A stretch of 64,000 nt of DNA from Burkholderiales bacterium (lineage in GTDB: Bacteria > Pseudomonadota > Gammaproteobacteria > Burkholderiales > JAEUOS01), in the NCBI GenBank assembly GCA_031362865.1, contig JANLTH010000125.1:3226-67225 (forward strand). Reading direction: 5' to 3'. The notes under the pieces were generated by a model, which saw nothing but the letters and a program-made list of their open reading frames with translations, had not been told where the DNA came from and made no database searches. The translations under genes were made by a program, and so were the position numbers. Positions 38,449 to 47,175 of this stretch are shown in pieces (the first letter of the stretch is position 1; each line of letters starts with the position of its first letter).

Positions 38449-39714
38449 ATGAATTCAATCGAACTTTTCGCTGGTGCAGGCGGCTTGGCTCTTGGGTGCG
38501 AACTGGCCGGTTTTAAGCCGCTGGCAGTACTCGAATGGGACAAATCGGCGTGCGCGACGATTCGCCACAATCAGCAGCGCGACTACCCCTTGGTTCGCGA
38601 ATGGCCAGTCCATGAGAATGATGTCCGAGCTGCCACTTGGGAAACTATCGAGCAGGAAATTGATTTGGTGTCTGGTGGACCACCTTGCCAGCCGTTTTCA
38701 ATGGGTGGCAAGCACCAGGCTCACGACGACACGCGCGACATGTTTCCGGTGGCGGTCGATGTCGTACGACAACTCAAACCGAAGGCGTTCATTTTTGAGA
38801 ATGTGAAGGGCTTGACCCGCGCCACCTTCGCCAATTACTTCCAATATGTGCAGTTGCAGCTACGGTTTCCTGCTGAGGTGCGCAAACGTTCGGAGACTTG
38901 GGAGGCGCATCACGCGCGACTCCAGCGGCGGCACACGTCGGGCTTGCCAGCTTCGAGCAGCCCACGGCATGCGTCGCCCCGCGAGCTGGTCTACAACGTC
39001 GTACCTACCTTGGTCAACGCTGCCGACTATGGTGTCGCGCAGCGACGTGAGCGCGTTTTTCTGATTGGCTTTCGCGCAGATTTGGACGCGAGATGGGCCT
39101 TCCCGCAACCGACTCATAGCCTGGACGCGCTGCTCTACGATCAATATGTAACGCAAGACTATTGGGTGCGGCACGGTGTGGCAGCGCGGCATCGTTCGCC
39201 TGTGTCGGTGGCCCACGCGGCGCGGGTTCGTACACTTGGTGAGGCGCTGTTTCCACCCGCTGAAATGCCTTGGGTGACGGTTCGCGACGTGATCGCGGAT
39301 TTGCCAACGCCTCGTTCGGGTACTTCAGGGAAAACGCCAAATCACGTATTGCAGGAAGGAGCACGAGCGTATGCAGGCCATACCGGCAGCCCCTTGGATC
39401 TGCCCGCGAAGACCTTAAAGGCGGGAGATCATGGCGTACCAGGCGGAGAGAACATGCTGGTCAAGTCGGACGGTTCGGTGCGCTATTTCACCGTTCGTGA
39501 AAGTGCGCGTCTCCAAACCTTTCCGGATGGCTACCGGTTTCCAGGCTCATGGACCGAGACGATGCGGCAGCTCGGCAATGCGGTGCCCGTGTTGCTCGCG
39601 CAAAGAGTAGCTGCGGGCGTTGCGGTGAGTCTGGCTGGTGCGGCGTTGCAATCGCTTGCGACCCTTGGCCCCGTTGGCGAGCTCCGCGATTCTGCGTTTA
39701 AGCAAGCGGCATGA
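38449..39714 (+). CDS. DNA (cytosine-5)-methyltransferase
   Basis: All canonical m5C motifs are in order: I ELFAGAGGLALG, IV GGPPCQPFS, VI ENVKGL, VIII QRRERVFLIG, IX TVRESARLQTFPD, X GNAVPVLLA. Confidence 0.92.
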   Translation: MNSIELFAGAGGLALGCELAGFKPLAVLEWDKSACATIRHNQQRDYPLVREWPVHENDVRAATWETIEQEIDLVSGGPPCQPFSMGGKHQAHDDTRDMFPVAVDVVRQLKPKAFIFENVKGLTRATFANYFQYVQLQLRFPAEVRKRSETWEAHHARLQRRHTSGLPASSSPRHASPRELVYNVVPTLVNAADYGVAQRRERVFLIGFRADLDARWAFPQPTHSLDALLYDQYVTQDYWVRHGVAARHRSPVSVAHAARVRTLGEALFPPAEMPWVTVRDVIADLPTPRSGTSGKTPNHVLQEGARAYAGHTGSPLDLPAKTLKAGDHGVPGGENMLVKSDGSVRYFTVRESARLQTFPDGYRFPGSWTETMRQLGNAVPVLLAQRVAAGVAVSLAGAALQSLATLGPVGELRDSAFKQAA

Positions 39715-39745
39715 GTCCGAAAGTTGCTTTGGTCTGACAACCGCG

Positions 39746-40375
39746 ATGACCGCACGGGTGATTCCTTTTAATCCGCTCGACAAGCGCAACTTGGGTGAAA
39801 GCGTGACACAAGCGCTGCTCACAGCTCCTGCAATGCTGCTTGATCGGCTGCCCAGTTTTACTGGTGCAGGGGTGTATTCCCTCTACTACACCGGCGGTTT
39901 TCCGGCGTACGCCAAACTCGCCAAACGCGCCAAGTCCGCGCCAGGGCGAGACCAGGCGGCCATCCCAATTTATGTCGGCAAGGCCGTACCAGCGGGCGCG
40001 CGTCGCGGTGCACCAAGTGGAGTAATCGATAACTTGCCCGGCAAAGTGCTCTACAGGCGCCTTGAAGAGCATGCCCAAAGCATCGATGCCGCACAAAACC
40101 TCGACCTCGCCGATTTTCAATGTCGCTTTTTGGTGGTCGACGATATTTGGATTCCGTTGGGTGAGTCGCTACTGATTGCGCGCTTTACGCCGGTGTGGAA
40201 TGCGCTGATCGATGGATTTGGCAATCACGATCCAGGGAGCGGTCGATACGCCGGCGTGCGACCGCGTTGGGACGTGCTTCATCCAGGCCGCGCGTGGGCT
40301 ACGCGCCTCAAGGAGCGGGAAGAAACCGCTGATGAAATTGCGATGGACGCGGTGACGTTCCTCAATGCTCGATAG
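39746..40375 (+). CDS. Eco29kI-family (GIY-YIG) type II restriction endonuclease
   Basis: 209 aa from ATG 39746. Contains IPFNPLDKRNLG, GAGVYSLYYTG (GIY), PIYVGKAVPAGARRG (YIG), and the highly characteristic FLVVDDIWIPLGESLLIARFTPVWN..IDGFGNHDPGSGR...WDVLHPGRAWA, as I remember for R.Eco29kI/NgoMIII-type enzymes. Confidence 0.75.
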   Translation: MTARVIPFNPLDKRNLGESVTQALLTAPAMLLDRLPSFTGAGVYSLYYTGGFPAYAKLAKRAKSAPGRDQAAIPIYVGKAVPAGARRGAPSGVIDNLPGKVLYRRLEEHAQSIDAAQNLDLADFQCRFLVVDDIWIPLGESLLIARFTPVWNALIDGFGNHDPGSGRYAGVRPRWDVLHPGRAWATRLKEREETADEIAMDAVTFLNAR

Positions 40376-40886
40376 CGCTCAGAGTGCCGTCAAGTTGAGC
40401 AATGCCTGTGCGGCCGATGCCGCCACGCTCTGCGCAGGTGAACGTGCCACGGCGACCGTACCTGGCTTTTTGGTCTCGCAGCCCGATGAATTCAGGCAAG
40501 AAGATTTCGCTGCACGCATCGCTTTGCTGGCTGACGGGCGTGGCAAATATTTGGTGGCCGAACGCGACGGCGTAGTGATCGGCCATGGCTGCCTGTGGCC
40601 GATGCCGCTGGTAAACATCGCGCATGTGGTGCGGCTCGACATTTGCGTCTACCCCGGCTTTACCGACGACGGCGTCGGGCGGCAATTATTGGGAGCGCTG
40701 ATCGACTGGGCCAGGCAGCGCACTGAAGTGCGCAAAATCGAGCTGCTGGTGCGCGCGGGTAATGCCCGCGCGATTCACCTGTATCAGTCGTTCGGCTTCG
40801 TCGAAGAAGGGCGCTTGCGCGGACGGATTCGACAGCCAGACGGCAGCTATACGGACGATTTGACGCTGGCGCTGGCGGTTATCTGA
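40365..40886 (+). CDS. GNAT family N-acetyltransferase
   Basis: GNAT core RLDICVYPGFTDDGVGRQLL...NARAIHLYQSFGFVEEG. The ATG overlaps the endonuclease gene's 3' end by 11 nt. Confidence 0.8.
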   Translation: MLDSAQSAVKLSNACAADAATLCAGERATATVPGFLVSQPDEFRQEDFAARIALLADGRGKYLVAERDGVVIGHGCLWPMPLVNIAHVVRLDICVYPGFTDDGVGRQLLGALIDWARQRTEVRKIELLVRAGNARAIHLYQSFGFVEEGRLRGRIRQPDGSYTDDLTLALAVI

Positions 40887-40899
40887 CGGCAGGTCTGAT

Positions 40900-41367
40900 T
40901 CAAACCGGTGCCGGCACCTGCACCACATACCGCAAAAACCCGCTATGCGCCCCATATTTGTCGTACAAACCCCGTGCTCGGTAATTGTTCTCGTTGGTCA
41001 TCCAATACAGCCGTGGCCAGCCTTGCCGTTGGCACTCAGTGACCAGCCAGTCAATCATCTGCTGGCCAACCCCTTGGGCGCGCAGGTCCGGGTCGGTGAA
41101 GAGGTCTTGCAGATAGCATACCGGGGCCATGGTCGCGGTGTTTTCATGGGGGAGGTAGTTGGCGATGCCGATCACGCCCTCGTTCGCGGTCTCGGCGACA
41201 ATCGCTTGCACCGTTGAATTTGGGTCCATGATGCGCTTCCAGGTGTAACGGGTCAGCTCTTCGACTGGCTCACGCTTGTAGAAGCGGGTGTAGGCATCAA
41301 AAAGCACGCGCCAGCGCGCCTCGTCGGTGGCGCGGATTGGGCGGATGGTGGTGTTTGAGATTGGCAT
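40900..41367 (-). CDS. GNAT family N-acetyltransferase
   Basis: 155 aa with LQDLFTDPDLRAQGVGQQMI and NYRARGLYDKYG motifs. Convergent with the previous GNAT. Confidence 0.85.
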   Translation of the reverse strand: MPISNTTIRPIRATDEARWRVLFDAYTRFYKREPVEELTRYTWKRIMDPNSTVQAIVAETANEGVIGIANYLPHENTATMAPVCYLQDLFTDPDLRAQGVGQQMIDWLVTECQRQGWPRLYWMTNENNYRARGLYDKYGAHSGFLRYVVQVPAPV

Positions 41368-41514
41368 GATGGAGGGCTTTGGTGGCCGGGCTTTGGGAGT
41401 GTGGCGGTCATCTTAACCCGTTGCGCCAGAGCCTTCCAGGCGGGTCGAAGCATTGATTTCTAATATCTTGTTAATATATTAGCAACATTACTTCAAACCG
41501 CAAACGCCTCAGGC

Positions 41515-42486
41515 ATGACCATGACAACTCATCGAATTCAAGTCATCGATTCGCACACTGGCGGTGAGCCTACCCGCTTGGTGATCGACGGCTTTCCTGA
41601 TTTGGGCGCAGGCTCGATGCTTGAGCGTCGTGCCGTGCTGCAAGCTCAGCACGACCGCTGGCGCGCCGCCACCGTGCTCGAACCCAAAGGCAACGATGTC
41701 GTGGTGGGTGCGCTCTTGTGCAAACCGGTCGATCCGGCGGCTTCTGCCGGCGTGATTTTTTTCAACAACGCGGGTTACTTAGGGATGTGCGGTCACGGCA
41801 CCATCGGCCTGATCGCCTCGCTCGCGCATTTGGGGCGGATCAGCGCCGGTGAGCACCGCATCGAGACACCTGTCGGTACAGTGCGCTGCACGCTGCACGC
41901 CGATGGCTCGGTCAGCGTGCGCAATGTGCTTGCCTACCGCTTGGCCAAGGCTGTAACCGTGGATGTGCCCGGCCATGGCAAAGTGGTTGGTGATGTGGCA
42001 TGGGGCGGCAACTGGTTCTTTCTGGTGGCCGACCACGGGCAACGCGTGGCACTGGACAATCTGGAGAAGCTCACGAGTTTTTCGTGGGACGTGCGGGTGG
42101 CGCTCGAAGCCGCCGGGTTGCGCGGTGCCGATGGCGCAGTGGTTGACCACATCGAGTTGTTTGCACCAGCGCCACGTGGCCTGAACGCCGACTCGCGCAA
42201 TTTTGTGCTCTGCCCGGGCCGCGCCTACGACCGTTCGCCCTGCGGCACCGGCACCAGCGCCAAGGTGGCTTGTCTGGCTGCTGACGGCAAGTTGGCCCCC
42301 GGTGAAATTTGGCGGCAAGCCAGCGTGATCGACAGCTGTTTTGAAGCAAGCTACGAGTTGACGGATGGTCTGGTAGACGGTCAAGTGATCCCGACGATCA
42401 AGGGCCGCGCGTTTATGTGCGCCGAAGCTACGTTGCTGATTCAAGACGATGACCCGTTTGCCTGGGGCATTGGTACGCCTGCGTGA
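41515..42486 (+). CDS. 4-hydroxyproline 2-epimerase (proline racemase family, Cys/Cys type)
   Basis: [15 protein letters not shown]-terminus. Both catalytic cysteines are present ([12 protein letters not shown] and [12 protein letters not shown]), which indicates an epimerase/racemase rather than a dehydratase. Confidence 0.8.
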   Translation: MTMTTHRIQVIDSHTGGEPTRLVIDGFPDLGAGSMLERRAVLQAQHDRWRAATVLEPKGNDVVVGALLCKPVDPAASAGVIFFNNAGYLGMCGHGTIGLIASLAHLGRISAGEHRIETPVGTVRCTLHADGSVSVRNVLAYRLAKAVTVDVPGHGKVVGDVAWGGNWFFLVADHGQRVALDNLEKLTSFSWDVRVALEAAGLRGADGAVVDHIELFAPAPRGLNADSRNFVLCPGRAYDRSPCGTGTSAKVACLAADGKLAPGEIWRQASVIDSCFEASYELTDGLVDGQVIPTIKGRAFMCAEATLLIQDDDPFAWGIGTPA

Positions 42487-42514
42487 CACCCACCTTGCGC
42501 CGCTTGGTCATTTG

Positions 42515-43618
42515 ATGCCGACCCCCGACATCTTGATTATCGGTGCGGGCATCGTCGGCGCGGCCTGTGCTGCGGCGCTGGCCGGCGTGGGGCTGCGGGT
42601 GCATGTGCTCGACGCGCGCCTGCCCGCTGCTACTGCAGCCGGCATGGGCCATCTGGTCGTGATGGACGAAGACCCGGCGGAGCTTAGCCTGAGTGCGGCC
42701 TCGCTGCGCATCTGGCGCTCTTGGATGCCGAAACTGGATGCCGGTTGTGCCTGGGTTGATTGCGGCACGCTCTGGCTGGCCGCCAACGACGCGGACATGC
42801 AAGTGGCGCAAGCCAAAGCGTGCCGCCTGCAAGCGCACGGGGTCGTGTGCCAGCTGTTGGACGCGGCCCAAGTGGCGCATGCCGAACCGGCGCTGCGCCC
42901 GGGCCTTGCGGGTGGCCTGCGCGTACCCGGTGATGCGGCGGTGTACGCACCCCGGGTGGCGCGCTGGCTGCTGCAACAGCACGCAGGCTTGGTGAGTGTT
43001 GAGGCCGCTGAAGTTGTCGCGATTGACAAGGACGACGTGCTGCTACGGGATGGCACCCGACGTTCGGCAGCAGCGATGGTCTTGGCCGCAGGTGTCGCCA
43101 GCAGGCATTTGTGCCCGGAGCTGCCGCTGCGCGAGAAAAAGGGCCATCTCATCATCACCGATCGGTATCCGGGAACAGTGCAGCACCAGCTGGTGGAGTT
43201 GGGCTACGGAGCCAGCGCGCATCAAACGAGCGGATCCTCAGTGGCGTTCAATGTGCAGCCGCGCCCCACCGGGCAATTGTTGATCGGCTCATCACGCCAA
43301 TTTGATACGGAAGACTTGGCACCCGAACCGGAAATGCTGCGGGCCGTGCTTGAGCGGGCGCTGGATTGGCTGCCGGGTCTAGGCGGACTGAATGCGCTGC
43401 GCACCTGGACGGGCCTGCGTGCGGCCACGCCAGACGGCTTGCCTCTAATTGGACGACACCCTACAAGACAGAATCTGTGGCTGGCGCTCGGGCATGAAGG
43501 GCTGGGCATCACCACTGCACCTGGCACTGCTGCGTTGCTGGCGGCTTTGATACAGGGTGCGCCACCACCGTTTGATGGGTCACCGTTTGCGCCAGCGCGA
43601 TTTGCCTTGGCTGCTTGA
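42515..43618 (+). CDS. FAD-dependent oxidoreductase (D-hydroxyproline/D-amino-acid dehydrogenase beta-subunit-like)
   Basis: Start MPTPDILIIGAGIVGAACA (ATG 42515), DAO-family fold, and HEGLGITTAPG near the C-terminus. Confidence 0.8.
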   Translation: MPTPDILIIGAGIVGAACAAALAGVGLRVHVLDARLPAATAAGMGHLVVMDEDPAELSLSAASLRIWRSWMPKLDAGCAWVDCGTLWLAANDADMQVAQAKACRLQAHGVVCQLLDAAQVAHAEPALRPGLAGGLRVPGDAAVYAPRVARWLLQQHAGLVSVEAAEVVAIDKDDVLLRDGTRRSAAAMVLAAGVASRHLCPELPLREKKGHLIITDRYPGTVQHQLVELGYGASAHQTSGSSVAFNVQPRPTGQLLIGSSRQFDTEDLAPEPEMLRAVLERALDWLPGLGGLNALRTWTGLRAATPDGLPLIGRHPTRQNLWLALGHEGLGITTAPGTAALLAALIQGAPPPFDGSPFAPARFALAA

Positions 43619-43938
43619 ATATGCGAGCTGACGCGAAACCGCTGAGCTTGCGCATTAACGGGCGCGAAGTACTCGTGCCGTGTGGCATTAGCGTCGCGGC
43701 GGCCTTGGCGCTTGCTGCACCGTTGGGATTGACGCGCCATTCATTGCAGGGTGGGTCGCGCGCTCCGTTTTGCGGCATGGGCGTGTGCCATGAATGTCGG
43801 GTGGAGATTGACGGTTTGCGCATGCTCGCCTGCCAAACCACCTGCGCGGAAGGCATGAAAATTTTTACCGATAGTCTGAAAACGAGCTCTGGTGGCGGCT
43901 CTTCAGCCCATTCTTTCAGCCCATTCTCTAAGGTCTGA
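43615..43938 (+). CDS. (2Fe-2S)-binding small subunit (HcnA/LhpF-like)
   Basis: About 105 aa with FCGMGVCHECRV...ACQT cysteine pattern. It overlaps the preceding stop. The start is either TTG 43615 or ATG 43621. Confidence 0.75.
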   Translation: MNMRADAKPLSLRINGREVLVPCGISVAAALALAAPLGLTRHSLQGGSRAPFCGMGVCHECRVEIDGLRMLACQTTCAEGMKIFTDSLKTSSGGGSSAHSFSPFSKV

Positions 43939-43941
43939 GGC

Positions 43942-45234
43942 ATGACCAACCAGTGCGATGTCTTGATTATCGGGGCAGGCCCGGCGGGCCTTCGCGCTGC
44001 CCACGCCGCTGCTGCCAGCGGTGCGCGCATCGTGCTGGTGGATGACAACCCTGTGCCCGGCGGGCAAATTTGGCGCGATGGACCAGGCGTTAAGCTGCCG
44101 CCGGTGGCGCGTGGTCTGCGCGCAACGGTCGAGTCGTTGCCTAACGTACAAATACTCACTGGCACGCGGGTGGTGGCAAGCGCTGGCAAAAACGCAGAGC
44201 GCGCGCTTTTGCTTGAGAACCGCACGGCAGGGTGGGTGCAGCACTTCGACAAGTTGATTTTGTGTACCGGCGCACGCGAGCTATTGCTGCCACTGCCGGG
44301 CTGGACCTTGGCGGGCGTGACTGGTGCTGGCGCGTTGCAAGCGCTCATCAAAAGTGGCTTGCCGGTGCGTGGCCAGCGGATTGTGGTAGCAGGCACTGGA
44401 CCTTTGCTCCTGGCTGCTGCCGCCGCCGCGCGCCATGCCGGGGCCGAGGTAGTTTGCGTGGCAGAGGCCGCAACCTGGCTGACGGTGCTGGGCTTTGCCG
44501 CTGCGTTACCGCGCTGGCCCAGTAAATTGGGGGCCGCTGGGGCGCTGGGCCTGGGCGCATTTGCGGCCTACCGCGCTGGGGCGCAGGTGGTCGAGATACT
44601 GGGGGACGATCAGGTCGCGGCCGTGCGCTTGCGCCTCGGCAGCGTAGAGACCGAGCTGGCCTGCGACCGCGTGGCGATTGGCTTTGGCCTCGTCCCGAAT
44701 ACCGAATTGGGGCAATTGCTAGGGGTCGCGCTCAACCCGGCTGATGCCATTGCGGTGAATGCCGCGCAGCAAACCTGCTTGCCGCATGTATACGCCGCTG
44801 GGGAATGCACCGGGATTGGTGGCAACGAGTTAGCGCAAGTCGAAGGCACGATTGCCGGGCTGATGGCGACCTCCATGGAGGCAGGTGACGCGCGCATAGG
44901 CGCCGTGCAGCCAGAGCTGCGGCGGCGCGCTCACTGGCAAGCCTTTGCCATTCGCGTAGCTGCCGCTTTTCCGCCGCCGCCCTTGGCACGGCAACTACCG
45001 CGTGCCGATTCCTTGGTGTGCCGCTGCGAGGACGTGCCCTATGCTGCGCTTGCCGCCTGCGATAACTGGGTGCAAGCCAAACTGGAAACGCGCTGCGGCA
45101 TGGGCGCGTGCCAGGGCCGGGTATGCGGCGCGGCCACCCGCTTTCTGTTTGGCTGGAACCCGACTGCGCCACGGCATTTGCTCGCTCCGGCACGGCTGGC
45201 GACGCTTGCTGCCCGCCCCATCAGCATCAACTGA
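43942..45234 (+). CDS. NAD(P)/FAD-dependent oxidoreductase (HcnB/LhpE-like subunit)
   Basis: CDVLIIGAGPAGLRAA and a second dinucleotide motif VVAGTGPLLLAAA. The C-terminal Cys cluster CRCEDV...CGMGACQGRVC is typical of BFD-like [2Fe-2S] domains. Confidence 0.8.
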   Translation: MTNQCDVLIIGAGPAGLRAAHAAAASGARIVLVDDNPVPGGQIWRDGPGVKLPPVARGLRATVESLPNVQILTGTRVVASAGKNAERALLLENRTAGWVQHFDKLILCTGARELLLPLPGWTLAGVTGAGALQALIKSGLPVRGQRIVVAGTGPLLLAAAAAARHAGAEVVCVAEAATWLTVLGFAAALPRWPSKLGAAGALGLGAFAAYRAGAQVVEILGDDQVAAVRLRLGSVETELACDRVAIGFGLVPNTELGQLLGVALNPADAIAVNAAQQTCLPHVYAAGECTGIGGNELAQVEGTIAGLMATSMEAGDARIGAVQPELRRRAHWQAFAIRVAAAFPPPPLARQLPRADSLVCRCEDVPYAALAACDNWVQAKLETRCGMGACQGRVCGAATRFLFGWNPTAPRHLLAPARLATLAARPISIN

Positions 45235-45258
45235 ATCTTCAATCGACTCAAACCAACC

Positions 45259-46098
45259 ATGCCACTGCCCGCCTCAACCCCACGCTCGCTTGCCACGCCG
45301 CCGATTGACTCGGCGCTGCTCGACCAGCTGCGCGATTTTGCCGAAAGCTTGGGCGACGCGGCACGCGCCTTGTTTGCACCACACCTGCGCGGCGCGCCTG
45401 GCGTGCAGCTGAAGGTGGACCGCACGCTGGTAACCGCACTCGACCGCGCGATTGAAGTGTACTTGCGCGGCATGATTGAGGCGCGCTTTCCCGAGCACGG
45501 CCTGTATGGCGAAGAAGAGGGCAGTGCCCGCTTGGAAGCCGATTTCGTGTGGGTGCTAGACCCAATTGATGGCACAGCCCCGTTCATCGCTGGGGTACCG
45601 GTGTTTGGAACACTGATCGCTCTGTTGCATCACGGCAAGCCAGTGCTCGGGCTGATGGACTTCCCGGTGACCCAGGAGCGCTGGGTGGGGGTGCAAGGGC
45701 AGCCGACGGTTCATCAAAATGCACCTTGCCGGGTGCGCGCGTGCAGCAATCTGGCCGATGCGATGCTGACCACCAGCAACCCGGATTTTTTCCCCGCTAA
45801 CGAGTTGCCGGTGTTGGCGGCTTTGCGCGAGCGCACCCGCTGGCGCATTTACGGCGGCTGTTGTTATGCCTACGGCCTGCTGGCGCTCGGGCGCACCGAT
45901 GTGGCGATTGACACGCGCTTCAAATTTTGGGACTACGCGCCGTTTGTGCCGATCATCGAAGGCGCAGGCGGCGTGATTACCGACTGGCGCGGGCAGCCCT
46001 TGCACTTAAGCAATTGCCCGCCACAGGTGCTTGCGGCAGGCGACCCGGCACGGCATGCCGAGGCCTTGGCCTTGGTGCAACAACATTGGGGAGCATGA
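45259..46098 (+). CDS. Inositol monophosphatase family phosphatase
   Basis: IMPase motifs EE (YGEEEG), WVLDPIDGT and WDYAP are present. Confidence 0.85.
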   Translation: MPLPASTPRSLATPPIDSALLDQLRDFAESLGDAARALFAPHLRGAPGVQLKVDRTLVTALDRAIEVYLRGMIEARFPEHGLYGEEEGSARLEADFVWVLDPIDGTAPFIAGVPVFGTLIALLHHGKPVLGLMDFPVTQERWVGVQGQPTVHQNAPCRVRACSNLADAMLTTSNPDFFPANELPVLAALRERTRWRIYGGCCYAYGLLALGRTDVAIDTRFKFWDYAPFVPIIEGAGGVITDWRGQPLHLSNCPPQVLAAGDPARHAEALALVQQHWGA

Positions 46099-46101
46099 AG
46101 C

Positions 46102-47175
46102 ATGGGTATTCAAATCGACCAGTTGGCGGTGGCCTACGGCAACACCCGAGTCATCGCCGATCTCAGTGTGGTGATTCCGCAGGGCAGCTTTTTTACACTC
46201 CTGGGCCCGAGCGGCTGTGGCAAAACCACGCTCCTGCGCACCCTGGCCGGCTTCATTCCGGTGCAAGCCGGGCGTATCCACTTTGGCAAGAATGATGTCA
46301 CGCAGCTAGCGGCGCATCAGCGAAATATCGGCATGGTGTTTCAGGACTACGCCTTGTTTCCGCACCTGTCGGTGTTTGACAACGTGGCCTATGGCCTGCG
46401 TGCCCGCCGCACTGAAGCGCAGGCGCTGCGAAAAAAATCGCTGGCTGCGCTCGAGCGCGTGGGCTTAGATGGCTTTGAAGACCGTCTGCCAGCGGCGCTC
46501 TCCGGCGGGCAGCGGCAACGGGTCGCTCTGGCGCGAGCGCTGGTAATCGAGCCGCAGGTGCTGTTGATGGATGAGCCCTTGTCTAACTTAGATGCCAAGC
46601 TGCGCGTGCAGGTGCGTGAAACCATCGCCAGTTTGCAGCGCGAAGCGGGCATCACCACCGTGTTTGTGACCCACGACCAAGAAGAGGCGCTAGCCCTCTC
46701 AGACCAAATCGCGGTGATGCAGCATGGGCGCATCGCGCAACTGGGCTCGCCCGCCGAGATCTATAAAACACCGTGCAGCGGCTATGTGGCCGATTTCATT
46801 GGTGCGGCCAATTTGCTTCAGGTTGCCGCACCGGCCTGTGCGGCAGGGCCAGTGAGCGTTGATTTGCATGGCATGGTGGTGGCGGCCCACGCGCCACAGG
46901 CGTTGGCTGCCGCAGCCAATGCCCTGTTGGTCGCCCGGCCCGACGACCTGGGCCTGGTGCCCGCCGATGCAGTTGGCGCGCCCGGCGTACCCGCCCAAGT
47001 ACACAGCAAGCAATACCTGGGCGCGCGCACGCTGTTCCGGGTGCGTTTGCGCAACGCGCCCGCAGCCCAATTGGTTCAAGTGGATTGGCACGGCGACCCG
47101 CCGCCAGAGTGGCTGCCGGGCGCGGCAGTGCGCGTGGTGTTCGATCCGCGCAAAACCTTGCTGCTCGCGCCATGA
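46102..47175 (+). CDS. ABC transporter ATP-binding protein (FbpC/PotA type)
   Basis: Walker A GPSGCGKTT, signature LSGGQRQRVALARAL, Walker B LLMDEPLS, and a C-terminal TOBE-like domain. Confidence 0.9.
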   Translation: MGIQIDQLAVAYGNTRVIADLSVVIPQGSFFTLLGPSGCGKTTLLRTLAGFIPVQAGRIHFGKNDVTQLAAHQRNIGMVFQDYALFPHLSVFDNVAYGLRARRTEAQALRKKSLAALERVGLDGFEDRLPAALSGGQRQRVALARALVIEPQVLLMDEPLSNLDAKLRVQVRETIASLQREAGITTVFVTHDQEEALALSDQIAVMQHGRIAQLGSPAEIYKTPCSGYVADFIGAANLLQVAAPACAAGPVSVDLHGMVVAAHAPQALAAAANALLVARPDDLGLVPADAVGAPGVPAQVHSKQYLGARTLFRVRLRNAPAAQLVQVDWHGDPPPEWLPGAAVRVVFDPRKTLLLAP

